DNA of 64,000 bases from Antedon mediterranea (Eukaryota; Animalia; Echinodermata). This document shows positions 41,201 through 55,456 of this stretch, one piece after another (position 1 is the first letter of the stretch; the number at the start of each line of letters is the position of its first letter). A program made the translations under genes and the position numbers. The stretch covers positions 28,582,001-28,646,000 of the forward strand of contig NC_092674.1 in the NCBI RefSeq assembly GCF_964355755.1. The letters are read 5' to 3'. The notes under the pieces were generated by a model. The model had not been told where the DNA came from, searched no databases, and was given only the letters and a program-made list of their open reading frames with translations.

Positions 41201-41774
41201 AAAAACCCAAACCAACAACAAAATTAATTCCCCAATAACATGTAACATGGTAATCGGCTTTATATATTATTAATTTATTTGGCGTATTCAAACTATTTTG
41301 TGCTAAACACCACACACACAGAAATATATCAATACAAAATTGATTTTAAATAGACCTAATTCTGCATACTAGTACTACTAGGCCTAATTAAGCCTAATTC
41401 TTTATTTAAAAAATCATAGATGAATGTAAATACTATTTATATTTAAAATAAACTATACAGTTTACTAGCTAGGCCTAAGTTCACATTGAGCGCTCTAATG
41501 AACTTTTTTAACAGCTACCAAGTGCTGTGCCTTGCCATGTTGACTGCACTGGTCTCCGAGTTCCCCATAGAGGGCCTAGACTAGTACGTGTAGGCCTACC
41601 TATAATAGACCCGTTCGTAGGCCTAGCTAGCCTAATATAGCCATCACACAAGCGACCACATCTCACCATAACAAACAAACTTACCTCCTCCTTATATGAT
41701 TCTGGATCTCTTTTTATTAAGTTCTGCAACTGAGGCAGATTATTGGGCAACTGGTTTCTGTTTCGGTCACTCAT
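32214..41774 (-). CDS. SDAD1: Protein SDA1 homolog (60S biogenesis), ~17 coding exons
   Basis: First exon 41685-41774 reads [30 protein letters not shown]. Internal exons give [95 protein letters not shown]. Last exon [15 protein letters not shown]. Canonical GT-AG boundaries. Confidence 0.96.
33501..33577 (+). pseudogene. tRNA-derived sequence (SINE head or tRNA pseudogene)
   Basis: A-box-like TAGCTTGGTGG and B-box GGGTTCAATCC at tRNA spacing, but stems pair poorly. Confidence 0.5.
35296..36629. mobile_element. 1.33-kb non-autonomous hAT-like DNA transposon with 6-bp TSD
   Basis: TIR CAGGGCATCA / TGATGCCCTG; TSD ACATTT at 35290-35295 and 36630-36635; subterminal AGGAGAGC / GCTCTCCT motifs cluster at both ends. 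Confidence 0.8.
36931..37275 (-). mobile_element. 5'-truncated LINE 3' end (L2/CR1/Rex1-like ORF2 C-terminus)
   Basis: [41 protein letters not shown] resembles the conserved ORF2 C-terminus (IL.D..HPLH..F.LLPSGRR...RT.R...SF.P..I). It is followed by a 3' UTR and an AATAAA(AAT)n tail. Confidence 0.65.
37612..37820 (+). mobile_element. SINE family copy (tRNA-like head, Deu/Nin-like core); other copies ~62123-62447 (-), ~62811-63110 (-), ~56360-56560 (+)
   Basis: Shared blocks GGCAAGGGTTC.AG..TCACTCGCTCCATGGTTCTGGTGGTA and ACTGATCATAACTGGGCC.TCTGGGAGA, with an AT-rich tail. Confidence 0.7.
37870..38040. repeat. ~38-bp minisatellite
   Basis: GGGCTTATMCCTGAGYCAGCATGGTATATAAGACAAGAT, about 4-5 copies. 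Confidence 0.9.
39296..39676. mobile_element. Family A MITE with internal 21-bp repeat expanded to ~12 copies
   Basis: Family A termini enclosing (GGCCAAATATGGTGGTGATAT)n. Confidence 0.85.
40183..40439 (+). mobile_element. 5S rRNA-derived SINE (SINE3-like)
   Basis: GTATACGGCCATACTGCGTTGAAACACCGGTTCTCGTCAGATCACCGAAGTTA...GGATGGGAGTCCG...CGGGTGCTGTA is a diverged, internally deleted 5S rRNA, followed by a ~140-bp body and a (CAA)n tail. Confidence 0.7.
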
Positions 41775-42470
41775 TTTTATTGAAATTATAGCCCCTTATT
41801 TATGGCAAAAATATAACACGTGTTACACTTAAAAAATCATCGAGAAATTTAAAGGGAAAGTTTTGTATGGAACGACATGTGTGCATTTACAGAATCTTTG
41901 AGGCGTTATAGACGCATTGCGTCAGTAAAGGAGCCAAAGGCATACAATCCAATTAAGATTGTTTATCATCATCTTAATAATTGTTGCAATAACATTTAGT
42001 GTTATTGAGGTGTGTTTTGCATTGTACGATACACTACTAATACTTCTCTATGTTGGAATCTCTCTCTTGGTTCTCTTCAGCCGGCCATCAGTATTTTTTT
42101 CTAGTTTTATAAATGTATTTCATTAAATGTCCATTTTCTGAACTTGTTTCCCTCTCTTGACCTCTAATTTGAATCATAAGTATTACTGGATAGAAGAGGT
42201 CACCTCTTGTTCACATTCAAAACAAAATAAATGTAACAAAACAAAGTGTTTACTGCTAAGGTGTTTTAATAATGCTACAGTTAAATTACGCAATTTCCCG
42301 TTTAGCAAAGTATCATTTCTTGTAATAAAAAGAAGACATATATATAATTATACTACAGATACTGATTCCTTATTATTATTAAATACAGGAACACTGACTA
42401 CACAGCACACTACACATTTTGTATGGCAAGTTCAATACAAATCACAGAATGGTTACATTTGGGGATTATT

Positions 42471-42904
42471 ATTATTAACATCATAACACTACATTTAAAT
42501 CTATTGACCATTATGGAATATTATTGATCTTCAAATAAAAAATAAATGCAATGCTGCCCTCAATGTTGAGCTAAATAGCGCCCTCAATGTTGAGATAGTT
42601 AAATAGATAGATCGATTATTAACATCATAACACTACATTTAAATCTATTCTGACCATTATGGAATAATTATTGATCTTGAAATAAAAAATAAATGCAATG
42701 CTGCCCTCAATGTTGAGCTAAATAGCGCCCTCAATGTTGAGATAGTTAAATAGATAGATCGATTATTAACATCATAACACTACATTTAAATCTATTCTGA
42801 CCATTATGGAATAATTATTGATCTTGAAATAAAAAATAAATGCAATGCTGCCCTCAATGTTGAGCTAAATAGCGCCCTCAATGTTGAGATAGTTAAATAG
42901 ATAG
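42471..42904. repeat. 147-bp tandem repeat, ~3 copies
   Basis: ATTATTAACATCATAACACTAC... starts at 42471, 42615 and 42762. Confidence 0.95.
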
Positions 42905-43678
42905 TTACAGTATTGCAAACACAGTTGTTATTCATGCACATTCCCACATAAATTATTATAATAATCATATTTTAATTATAATCCATAAAAGTAAGTTTTT
43001 GGTTAAGAAATAAACTGGAATGAGAGAGAACAAAAATCTAACATACAGTCAGAGTAATCTATTAAACCTAATCGTAAAATAACCAACAATATATATTATA
43101 CGGTATTTAATTTGTGTAACAAATAGAAATGTGAGAAGATCTTGTGATTTCGTGAATCTAACTATAATTTGTAGTGAAACAAAAATGTTATATACAATTC
43201 TTGTGCAGCAGAAAAAGTGAATAAACTCATATATCATAAAACCAACCAAACATCATTTTGTCCCTCAACTGTGAATTTGATCATTTATCTGACTAACAAT
43301 AAGAGCTCTGAATCAAAATAATGAATATTTAATTTTTATACACACATATATGTAAATCATCCGTCAATATTGACCTTTGACATACAAGTATTTGACTTTT
43401 ACCGCAGACTTTACATAGATTCATTAACAAGCAGCTTAATGTAGCTTGATTCCAAGCGAAATTAAATGATAAATAAAATACAACCGAATTCCCCCTACAG
43501 AAAAATATCCCAAAAAACGTGTATTTGTTTACAGAGCTAGTAGAGATAATTTTCCCGTCCAGAATTTAACTTCCTAAAACCAGCTAAGATCGACAGTAAC
43601 TGAATTGGTCAAGTGTAAAAACATATGAATGTTCTGGAAGACCTCGGGTTGTTGACTGTCATGATCCGAGTAAGCCGC

Positions 43679-46600
43679 TTAGAAACTGATGCTAGATTTA
43701 CCGCCTGGGGGCTGTGATCTTTGACGGTGAGACTCCTCCCATGGTACATTGGTTTTCGCACCCGCTGCTGGTAGCTGCTCAGCCTGCTTCTTTTGACTGT
43801 GGATTAGAGATCGCCTAGATGGAGAATCGTTCCCTGCTGCTGCTGGGCTTGAGACATCATTGGTGATTGGGTTACCCTGGTCTGCGGGTGACAAAAAAAA
43901 AACAACTTATGAAACAAAATATCACTATAGTTTAGTTTAGTTTATAGTCTGGTTTTCAAATAATGATGGATAATAGAATTGATTTCATCCAGTTTTTTTG
44001 TAATTCTGCAATCATAAAGATAGAATAACAATAAAGATACATATATTAGCATAGCACATATATTATTACCGTTATAGTGTATAATAATATAATATAAATA
44101 TAGTCATATTACTGTCATTATGTTGCCTATATGAATTAAATAAAAATAATGATATGATGAAAATGTCTTATAATTGAACAACTCCCTGGTAACATATACA
44201 TTTATTCATGGCCACTTATATTGTAAATACAGAGAACATACAGTAATAGTCAGTAACTACTGTAAATAAACAGTGCATTTTATTTTCTAACAAATGCAAG
44301 CATGCCATGCGCCACACTATAATATTGTTTGTTATGTTAGCATATTTTTTTAGTTTATATTCTTTATATTCGTTAGTAGAAGAACCTGGTCTTTTGGATA
44401 TTATTATTACAACACTATTAAGGGGACATGTTATCTGTGAAACAAATGTTTTAACAATAAAAATATAAAACACTTAGACTATATTAAACACTTTGTTGGC
44501 CTATAAAGACTGTATTAAACTTAATTCATTCTGAACTGAATCACACTATTATAACCAAATAATAGGCCCTTTCAATACATTATAAACAAAATTGACTATG
44601 TTTATTGTTACTTATAAAAAAACCAAATATCTCTAAAAGTCTGAAAAAAAAATCCTTAATAAAAGAACTCCATAAAAAATAAATCAAAAATATAAATTAT
44701 AATAAATTCAACAAAAATAAATATTATAAACAAAAATTAAAGTATCAGTGATAAAAGGGATATATTTACAAATTACATATATTTTATTTTATTTATTAAC
44801 ATTGGACAACAAACAGTAATGAAAACCACCACAGGTTGAATGATAATATAAAATACTGTAGAAAATAATAATTAACACTATACAGTAGTATGCAATAATT
44901 GACAGCCAGTCAGCAGTAGAGATCATTATAATGAAGAGTTATGCATGTTTTCTCATTCAACTATTTTGAGTGCAGAACCTGTTACAAACAAACAGATACA
45001 AATGAGCCTACGATGGCACACATAACATATATCACTACTACATTTATCTGCTTTTAAGTGGAGTAAATTACTGAATTTTAAAATATGCAGTGTAGTGCAA
45101 TGAATAAGTAGCACCATAGATAGATGAACTACTTGTTCCATCCATGGTACAGTAGTATCTGATATTCAACGGCCAATGCTCCTAATAATCAGAAGGGGGA
45201 GGAGGAATGTGAAGGCCTGATGTTAATCTCTTTCTACACTATCAAACTAGTTTGAAAAAAAAGTGTGATGTGCCCAAATATGGTGGTGATATGACATCAT
45301 GTCCATATATGGGCACATCACATTTTTTTGTCACATAAAGTTTGGTAGTGTAGACATGGCTTAAGGAAGCAGATAAAGTGGGCAGATACAGTATATAAAC
45401 ATTAAATTGACAACATGAAACTGGTGCCCCATCAAAATTATTCAAAAAGAAAAAAGAGTTGGCGCTGTGAAGGAATAAAAACATTGTCTTGTGTTTGTAT
45501 TTGAGTTTATTACATACTTTGATATCAAAACCAGACATCATGCTATACATATATCTATTTACACCCGCTCAAATATATAACCTAACTATAAATTTACCAT
45601 CACTTTAAAATACTCAAATAAAAAACAAACATCACTCCGTAATATAGGAAACCAGACATATATTAGGTATATAAAGCAACATAAATAAACTTACTACAAT
45701 TGCTTTCGGAAGAGTCCACTGCGAGATTAAAATTAATATGAAAGAAAAAAATGATAAAATAATACAATGAATAACTAAAAAGATAACATAAAGATTGTAA
45801 ACATAAAATATTAAAACATGTATTAACGAAAATGAACATAAAACTTGGATTTTGAATTTTATACAGTATACACCATATTGTACAATAATATAGTACTGTA
45901 CAGTACTGTGTACCGTAATACAATATTGTGAAATGTATGCTGTTTGATGTGATTATACAAATGATTAGTGTAGAAATCTGTAGACATGGCATATTTGAAT
46001 AGGTCATAGGTCATGTTCTGCAACAAGAACATGATGTATCAAACAAATCTAAAATGTCTTCCTGAACAAAAATGAATAAAACTAAAATAAAAGGAAAATA
46101 ATATTGAAATACTACAGTATACATATAAAGAAGATAAACCAAAAAATATAAATTTAGTAAATAGAGAATAATAGTTTAAGAATAACAAAAAACAGATGCC
46201 AGGACAAATTATGATTCATATTTAAATAAAATCCATCCCATTTGGATGGAAAGCTAGTAGGCTTAAAACAAAACATAATTATCACATTTTCCTTTTTAAA
46301 ATATGAAGGTATTAGTGAGTTCATCACTTCTTCATGGTGTAGAATAAGCCGTTCAGATTCAACAATAAAATAAGGTTTGAGCACAAAGAATTATTAACAA
46401 TAACATCAATGGAAGTAATCTTAGATTTGCATCTACCGGTACATTAACAAAGAATCTAAATGCTATCCTAAAATCCTCTAAAGCCTCTCATAAAATCCTT
46501 AATGATTTTCATTAATCAAAATGAAAATTGATTTAAAAATAATGAAAAAAAATGTAGGATACTCACTATTGAATAAAATGTACCTAAATGAATTAACACC

Positions 46601-49600
46601 GAAAGTGCTAAAGATAATATTTAGAAAAATAGCTAGCTGCTACAACAAGAGTTACCAAACTACCACGTCTAGGTGTTATCCGACAACTGAATCAATGAGA
46701 TAAGAAAAATCTACTCATCCTCACTCTGTCCGCCGCCAAACATGGGCAGAAGACGGGCTATTGATAAGCTGTTGCAGATACTACAAAAAATGGTTTTATT
46801 TTGAATCATTGGCTCGGAAGAACAGACAATGGGACAAATGATAGGGTACAATAGTTGAGAGGAACAGCTTGCGTGCTGAAGTGTCAATATAAAAAGTTGG
46901 TCGTTCTTACACTTGGCAGAACAGGTCTTCGATTGGAATTTTCAGGTAGTGTACACAAATAGATCTTATGGCCAGTGTGGGATGCTAGGCATTTAGGTTC
47001 GAATATATGAGATATAAGAATTTCTCCTAGCTTTGAGTAAAGAAGTTGTTCATCATATTGCATAGAAAAGTAATAGGCTACATGAGCTATTACAAAAAAA
47101 AAAATAATACTGTAACTGTATTCCCATTTTCAGCCTTCCACAGCAAAAAATAAATCACAAAAAATCGGAAAAAGTCAAAAGGCAGAAGCCTATGCTTTAG
47201 ATAAGGAACGTTGATTATACAAAGAACCTTGTGCTAGACATTACATAATAAAACAAGGACAGAGACTATTGAAAAAAAAACACATTACAATAATAGTTTG
47301 TGCATATGATACAACCTGTGGATGGTGGCGGTATTGGTTCACTCTTTTGCGGTTTGACCTTTGGGTGCGATACATAATTATCCTCTCCGCCGAACGAGAA
47401 CGATGAAGCTTGATTCCGTTTTTGATAGGCATCTCGCTGAGCTTTGAGATCGGAAGCGCTGTCAGCATCCCCAAAGCCAAGCGTGCTGAACGAGTTAGTG
47501 TCACCTACGGGTTAAACATGCGTTTTTTTCAAACATAAAATGTCATGCTATTAGTATTAATCTATCCTTTATTGGAATGAGATGTTGTATGACTCACTAC
47601 TTTAAGAAAATACTCTATTACGCATAATTTAAAACTAATCTAATTCTATAAGCTTTGCTAAACAGTTTTTTCGTTTCAATTCATTTTTAATGCATTTTTC
47701 CATTCAGAAATAAACTCCTAAACCCAAGTGAAATTTTAAAAATAAAAAACAACTTACTACTTTTTTTAAATTATCATGCAAAGTTAAAAATCATGCAAAA
47801 AAGCGGGGATTTAAAAGAATGCCTGTGGGTACAAATATAATACTGTACTCGGAATGGATCCGGCGTGTGTACGTACAGAACATCAGTATACACACATTTA
47901 GATTCTTGCAAAGGTTTGGATCCAGCAAAGGTTTGGATGCAGCAAAGGGTTGGATCCAGAGAATGGTGGATTCAACGAAAACCAAAAACAGGGACTTTAG
48001 GTATAGAATAAACATCAATATTTTGCCACATCTATTATAAACAACATTTTATTTAAAAACAAAAACACAAAACAAACGCAATTAACTAAAACTAAATAAA
48101 ATAAACAATAGAATAGTCAACAAAAACAAACTGGTTAGAGAACAAAACAAAGTTAGAACTATTTTTATTATATAAAAAATCCGGAGTTATTTGTGAACTA
48201 CCTATTTTTCCCTATCTAGTATAATTTTGTAATATTACATTGTACCAGTAACTCACTAATATTTCACAAATCTTATAAATACTGTACACTTTTTTCTACT
48301 AGGGTTCTGCAACACTTGCATTTAGTTTGAAATACAATGTGTATGATTCACAAAGAGTACAATACTTTATTACCAATGCTATAAATTTTGATTTATGTTA
48401 AAGATTACGTCCTAATGCTATTGCTAAATCTATTTAAATTAAGGTAAGAACGTTTTAATATTGTTTATAAACACATGTGTATATTAGTAGTATTTATCAT
48501 CAAACTTTAAAATTTAAAATGAAAAAACATGGTAATGATTAAGACATAGAATAAAAGCATTAATAATAAGCAGACGTTGATTGCGTAGATGATACAAAGA
48601 AAAGTCAAAAGCTGGACTAGCTATAGAGAGTGATATTCTGTTCAAAACAACAGCAGGTCAGTCAAGGGTCACCGCACAACTTGGTCCTGCTGAATAAACT
48701 GTAAAATTCATACCTTTCTATATTAATGTGGTAACCATATTATTACATTATTCTCTAATATGATTCTGATAAAACAAACTTACGATTCCAATTAGAAAAA
48801 TTTAAATTTTCATAAAAATCTGAACACAAAACTTTAAAACAATTAAGAACATTTTAAAGCAAAAACAAATAACTCTGAAGAAACCCAACAATTTTATGCT
48901 TGAGTGAATTCCATAAACAAACAAGAATTGGTCAAGCATAACAAAATAAGATCAACAGCTGACTTTTAATCATAAAAATACATACGAAGACGGTAGTAAC
49001 GTCTAGGTGTGGGCTGTGAGGGCGCTGGCACTGGCTTGTCGGAGCCGAATATGTTGCTCCTAGTATCTAAATCTGTCACACCATCGGGAGGAGGGAGAAT
49101 AATTATTAACTAGTCAGTTTCATTGTACGTGTTCATTGTACGTGTTTATTGTATGTGTTCTTCATTGTATGTGTTCATTCTTTTGATATACCGCCGCCAT
49201 TCTTTTGTTATAATATTATCTGTCGTCAATTTGTCTGCTAACAAAGAGTTGTAGTTCTAGGCACATTGCCAATGGCAAATTTTATAAAGAAAAATTGAAT
49301 AATAAAATAAAAGCATTCATAAATTACAATTCCTGCACTATTAGATATTGGTATATTAAATTTTGAAGGATTTTGCCCAAAAATTTAGCACTTTGGAACA
49401 TAATATAATACATTACAGTTAACTCTTCCATTACCGCTCTCTCTGAAAACCGAAAACACTCCCAAAACCAGACTTTTCATGAAGGTTCGAATGGTCTAAA
49501 GTTAATTTTTAGTACCATTAAAAAAACATTTAAAATATCATAAACAAGACATGTTAGGCCAGCCCAATGTTGTCCGGTATTGGAAGAGTTGACTAATAAT

Positions 49601-52600
49601 ACTACCTTGATCAAAAAAAAAAGAAAAAAGAGGTTTAAAGAGGGTGATGAAAGCCAAGCAAATATTGGAATTTAAAAAATATTTAAAAGCAAAATCCTAA
49701 TACATGATAATAAATGAATTACTTAATTTATAAAATAATATTAATAATAATTCTGGTTAAAATAATAATTTTAATGAAATAAATGATAAAGTTTTTGAGA
49801 ACAAACTACTGTACTTCAAAGAACAATGGGCAACCAACTTGTTTACACAAACCAATTGTACATGCATCCACATGCCTAGATAAACTATAATATTTGGATA
49901 TCCTTCAAAATGATTTCATATGCTTCAAAAAACCTGACAAAATCTCACAAATATCTATGTACATGCTTCCGAATTACTGTACATGCTTACAAAACACAGC
50001 ATTGTGATAACTTGTGCAACTACCCCAATTTTTTATAATCATAGGAGCTATCATAAGGCTTTAAACTACGTTCACACCGAGTCTAGATTCCGGTCCAGTA
50101 GCGGGATAAAAAATTGTTTAAAATCATATGTATAGTGTTTAGGATAGAATAGATGATCATAATATTGCATTCTGGATTCTCTGGTCACCGGATCAAATCC
50201 AGGCTTGGTCGGAACGTAGCTAATAGTCTTATAAATGTAAAAGTGCCAAACAAAAATAATATTGTACACAATTCTGAATCCAATGTAATTTTTATTTAGT
50301 AAGTAAAGTATTTTTAAGTAAGAAATATCATACTTCTTGGTTTGGCAGACTGGGCTGGTGTACCAATGATACTAGTGGTTTGTTGCTGTTGCTGAGGGCT
50401 TGTCTTCTTTGCCGGGGCAGGAGCAGGCGTGTCATCACCACCAAACATGGAGATATTGCTTTTACCACCAGGTGGATTCAAAACTCTAAAATATAAAAAA
50501 TGGTGAAGACAATTATTTAAAATGTAATGGTGTACAGTAAATGAGACGTCAAATATTAATATTTTAAAAAACCAACATGTACACACAAGATACAGTCTTT
50601 ATAGGTCTTTTGAGCGTGGGGCGGACACCTGGATTTGAACCAAGGACTTAAGCTCTCAAAAGCGTGTTGTGCCCAAATATGGTAGTGATATGCCCAAATA
50701 TGGTAGTGATATGACATCATCATGTTCATATATGGGCACAACACATATAAAGTTTGATAGTGTAGACTGAGCTGTAGATTTGTAGGGAGGAATCTTAACT
50801 TACTTTTTATATTTTTAGACCTTACCCACCCAGCACTCCTATACCTGCTGCCACAATAGTTTGTATAAAACACTACATGAACCGTAGTTAATTTATAGTA
50901 CCATCATTTTATCATTGGCACAAGAATCATTTTGTTCAAGGCAAGGTTATTTAAAAAACGTGACTAATTACTAACATAAACTACAAAAAATTCCATCAAT
51001 GAACCCATTTGGAAAACACAACATCATTTAAATTTTGCAAGCTTTATCGGTGAACACACAAACCTAATTTAATTTCAAATTTGCCAAGTGTCAAACGAGG
51101 TGTGCGTTCTATTGTAATATTAATGCATGCATGGCTTTGAAGGTATGTGTAATGACAGCTTTCTGAATGAAGTCTATTAGAATACATAGGATAATTTAAC
51201 AACCGACACACTTAGAAAATACTGACTGTGACTGGTAATAAAGAGTATAGTCTACATTAAATGACTTTATGCCACACACAAAATGGCTATTGTTACTTAA
51301 GCTCTGTCTACACTATCAAATTAGTTTGACAAAAAAGTGTGATGTGCCCAAAGGTAGTGATGTGCCAAATATGGTAGTGATGTGCCCAAATATGGTAGTG
51401 ATATGACATCATCATGTCCATATATGGGCACATCGCATTTTTTGTCACATAAAGTTTGATAGTGTAGACCGAGCTTTAGAAAAGACTGGGGTATAAATAG
51501 TAGTCTACATTAAATGACTTTATTCACCAAGTTGTGTACTTCCTATGAATTGGTATTTTAAAACAGTTACAAATAAAATCAGCATATGTTTGAAAAGACC
51601 ACATAGGGCTGGTGTAGTACTGTGAACTAATTTCATCCAAATGTTACTCAAAAAAAGCTTGGGTTAATTTTACGATTCGGAAGTTGACCATTCAAATCAA
51701 AGCCGATAACAATTAGCAGACGACACATGTCAAATCCACATGCATGGTATAAATTGATTTTCACACATAGTGTATACCCTAGGCTTACTAATAAGCATTT
51801 GTTTCATGTGGTGGCAGTTACTGTTACTGATTTTTGTTTTGTGTATAGGTCTATGGATACCTCAATATTTTTAGATCTCCCAAATCTCTTAATAATCTCA
51901 CCGAGTTTCAAGATATTTTTATTCACCCTCTCGCCTTCTACTAAGGGGAAATTTCTGCCGATTATTTGCAATATGGAAAAAATATTCCGATAATCTACAA
52001 TGTCAATGTTTAAAATGAATATAAATAATTGACTTTCAATTATATTTACTTAAAAAAACCTAGGAAACTGGAACCTTACATAAAAGAAAACACAATTGCT
52101 GAATCATAAGTACAGTATGTTTTATTGATCATTACCAACTATCAATAATTGCACAGTGGGATAAATTTAATAAAAAACAGGCTGCAACCAATCAATTATG
52201 TTTATTGGTGAAAACAAAGATAGGAATACTGCTTTATCATGATACACAAATGGAAGACAGTGACAAAATTCAATAGAAAATCCCTTTTTGATAAATAAGG
52301 GAATTATTTATTTATGACTGACAGTTTTCCCCTCCCAAAAACACTAGAGGGCGATAAACATTATTGTTTTAGCATAAAAACATTTAATTGCTACAGAATA
52401 TTTAATACAACAATTTATTAATTAGTTTTGCTAATGCTTGTGTTTTAAAATTGTGTAACGGCCAATACTGAGATTGGATACAAGTACACTACTTTCATCC
52501 GCTTTTCGTCAACCAGCTGGAGGTCTGAGGTGCAAGTATTGGCAACAAAATTATGTAGATCTCCAAAGCAAGAAAAATTTAGCCTATTAGTATTATAATA

Positions 52601-53382
52601 TATTATTAATTAATATCAGATTGTTATTTTTTACAGTTCTTACTAACCAGTTGTACCAAAAGACAATGGTAATTGCTCAAGAAAAGCTGTTCTTTTTTTT
52701 TTAAATAACGTACGTAGGAATAGGGGGGAATCTATATCGTAATTAACTCTTTTTGCACTCCATCCATTTGTACTTAATACTCATTCTATTGTTGCATGAT
52801 ACTATAGTTGATACCCAACATGCAACAATAGAATGTTTATATTAAAAAATACTTGTTAAATCATAAGAAGGCAACTTTATCGAAAGTGTACAATGATTCT
52901 TTATCTGGAAAGTTCGACGGGGATTCTAAAAAGTTTGATGGGTAATCTAAAAAACATAGGCCTAGGCCCTAGCCTAAATAAAGTTGTCTAAAAATCTACA
53001 ACAAAAATAGCGTTCCTCCCTCTCACTCAGCTCAGTCGGAGTTTTAAACTTTTTAAAAAAGGTTGACCAACATCTCTTTTTTTACATCGTGACCTAATAA
53101 TAGTAATAAGCCTACTACTATTAACTAGGCCTAGAACCTAGCTAGGCCTAACCAAAAGGTAACATCACACAAAGCAACACGGGCATTCTACACCGTGTGG
53201 CCTGGGCCTTGCTAGGCTTTAGATAGCTGGTGGTGTGGCTGGTTGGTAGGCTAATCATGGTGGTTATGACTTTTTATAATATTCTAATCTAGCTCGTTAA
53301 ATCGAAAGTCAACAAATTATTAACTTTACCTGGATGATGGTTTGGGACCAGCCATTCCTTGAAAAACATCTGTGGTAGTCAT
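43679..53382 (-). CDS. JPT2: Jupiter microtubule-associated homolog (HN1/HN1L family; JPT1/JPT2 co-ortholog), 5 coding exons
   Basis: Exons 53330-53382, 50334-50485, 48986-49072, 47316-47504 and 43679-43881 splice in frame. They give MTTTDVFQG..SSRVLNPPGGKSNISMFG, SNIFG and C-terminal QPPGGKSSISF*, the PPGG motifs that define the family. The internal exons are less certain. Confidence 0.85.
51300..51475. mobile_element. Family A MITE (PIF/Harbinger, Tourist-like)
   Basis: TIR AGCTCTGTCTACACTATCAAA with TTA TSD. About 13 full or partial copies in the window (~15085, 16309, 30145, 34590, 35038, 38262, 39296, 45228, 50650, 58570, 60425, 61319). Confidence 0.88.
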
Positions 53383-54113
53383 ACTGGAATGTTGCTTTAG
53401 CAAACGAAATTACAAGAGATATTAAGAAGTCACTTCAATTCTACTACCTGACAACCGGGAACAGCCTGAAAAATGAATGGAAAAATAGAGAGAAGAAACA
53501 TTTTGACTCCCAGAATAAAACGAGCAGTGTGATTCGTCAGATTGTAATTATGCTAATTTTTTATGATGACGACACGACGATTTTGCGTTGGTGCCATTTC
53601 TTTCTGTTTGATTCTAAAAAACTAAAAATTATTTTATTTAAATAAATTAGTTACATTTTTAAAGACCAATAAACCACTATTTATTTTTACAACTCATCAC
53701 ACGAGGAGAGCCCATTCGTAATCTCCCAAAAACCACGAGTTTATTGATTGGACTGATGATGACATCATCACACCAACAGAGTACAGTGTAGGTAAATATA
53801 TTTGTGGTATTTTGTTAACCATTATATAATAACAATTTGAACATTTTTCTATTTACAAATACCTAAAAATGTTCCTTTCATATGGATTATTAATTTCTGA
53901 GATCCACTCTTTCTAAATTAAATTTGAGGGAAGACCACACGTGATTTTACACTGACCAATCAACGAAGGAGTTTCCTAATCTATATTCGCGCCACCATTG
54001 AGTGTCATCATGAGATTTGTTTACATACATTCACTAGCGAGGATTCCCCTGCGTAGTAGTATTGTTGTATTCGTTTGTGTTGAAAAGTTTATGATTCGAT
54101 GTTCGTTTAAAAT
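53383..54113. promoter_or_regulatory. Divergent promoter region of JPT and CRAMP1
   Basis: Head-to-head genes. CCAAT (53956-53960), E2F-like TTCGCGCC (53986-53993), and a candidate donor GTAAGA at 54114 for a CRAMP1 non-coding exon. Confidence 0.45.
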
Positions 54114-55456
54114 GTAAGAATATTTTTGGGTGAAATTGTTAAAGGTATATACATTACTTATTATTTAGGAATTGTTTAAAACGTGAAAATCCTTCTCACA
54201 TTCAATATAATTGAAATTTAATTAGGGCCTATTTTATAAAACATTCATTGGAAGGCAATCTAATTCTATTCTGTGTATATAACTCATCAAGGCATGCCTT
54301 TTTGAATTGCTTTCGGAATTTTCGTTTATTTTCTCCTTTAAAAAATGACTTTAAAACAATGTTAGGCTTCATATCTTCTACAAATTGTATATAAAATATG
54401 TTTTAAAAACAAAAATGAATATAATATCATCATCAATCAAATTAAAAGAGTGATCAATACTAGGCCCTATACTAACTAAGAGTATAACAAATAAATAATT
54501 TTTTTTTTTACTCAGTCCACACTGATTTCCAGATACACGAAATAGACCTAAGTATTAGTATTTGTGAAGACTTTTTTACTTAGTTCAATAAAATAATTTA
54601 TTATGCAACCTATCATGGCTTAATTTAAATTAGCTTATAATAATGAACATACATTAATATATTAATATTATGCTTTAGTTTTATTATTCTATGATTGTTG
54701 TATGTGATCCGTCCATCATAATTAAATCAAAAAGTATGACATGACTGTGCTGTCCGTTTTTTTATGGTTTCTAAAAAAATAATGTTTATGAAAACAATAC
54801 TTACAAAGGTATTTATTGTTAGTTAATTAACAAATTAAAAAAATATTGTTAAACAAAGTAAGATCATCTCCTCCATACGCCTGGCCTATCTATCTGTCAA
54901 CTTGGCAGCAGCTGATACCAACGGGTATCGATGCTTTTTTGAGAGAGGAGAATCGTAAACCTGTGTAGTACAGTAACATGTATTGGGTACATTTTACACG
55001 ACATTATGTATGTTTTTCACCTTAAATACGCTTAAAACTCGTATCAAATGGTTAAAAGAAAGAGAGCAAGTTTGGACGGAGAATGTACAACAAGTATTGA
55101 CGAAAAGAAAGGGTAACACAAGTTGTTTTTATTTTTCGATTATCGCCGCGATGTCCTTGCCTCGATTTTTTCGTACTGTTCTTTATTTTGTTGTTTTTCT
55201 CTCTTGAAAACACTAATCGGTTATATTTAAATGCAGGTTATATTCATTATTGTAATTATATTACATATTAATAGTTAATAATGTAAATGATATCAATTTA
55301 AATGCTGTAAATTGATGTGTTTTTGTGGATGTTGTTTATCGAGAAAACAACGACTACGTACGGCTACGGCGGCCATATTGAATTTTCTTGAGCTAAAAAT
55401 TAAGTTGAAATTTAATTGTGAAAATACGTTTTATTTTTATGATTTATGAATTTAGC

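Noticed and set aside
50063-50221. Extra JPT exon (ORF 50072-50269)
   Set aside because: Bounded by inverted repeats (AACTACGTTCACACCGAG / CTTGGTCGGAACGTAGCT), so better explained as a MITE.
52782-52834. 17-bp-stem hairpin as a pre-miRNA
   Set aside because: Short AT-rich stem with a large loop in a region full of MITE remnants; no supporting evidence.
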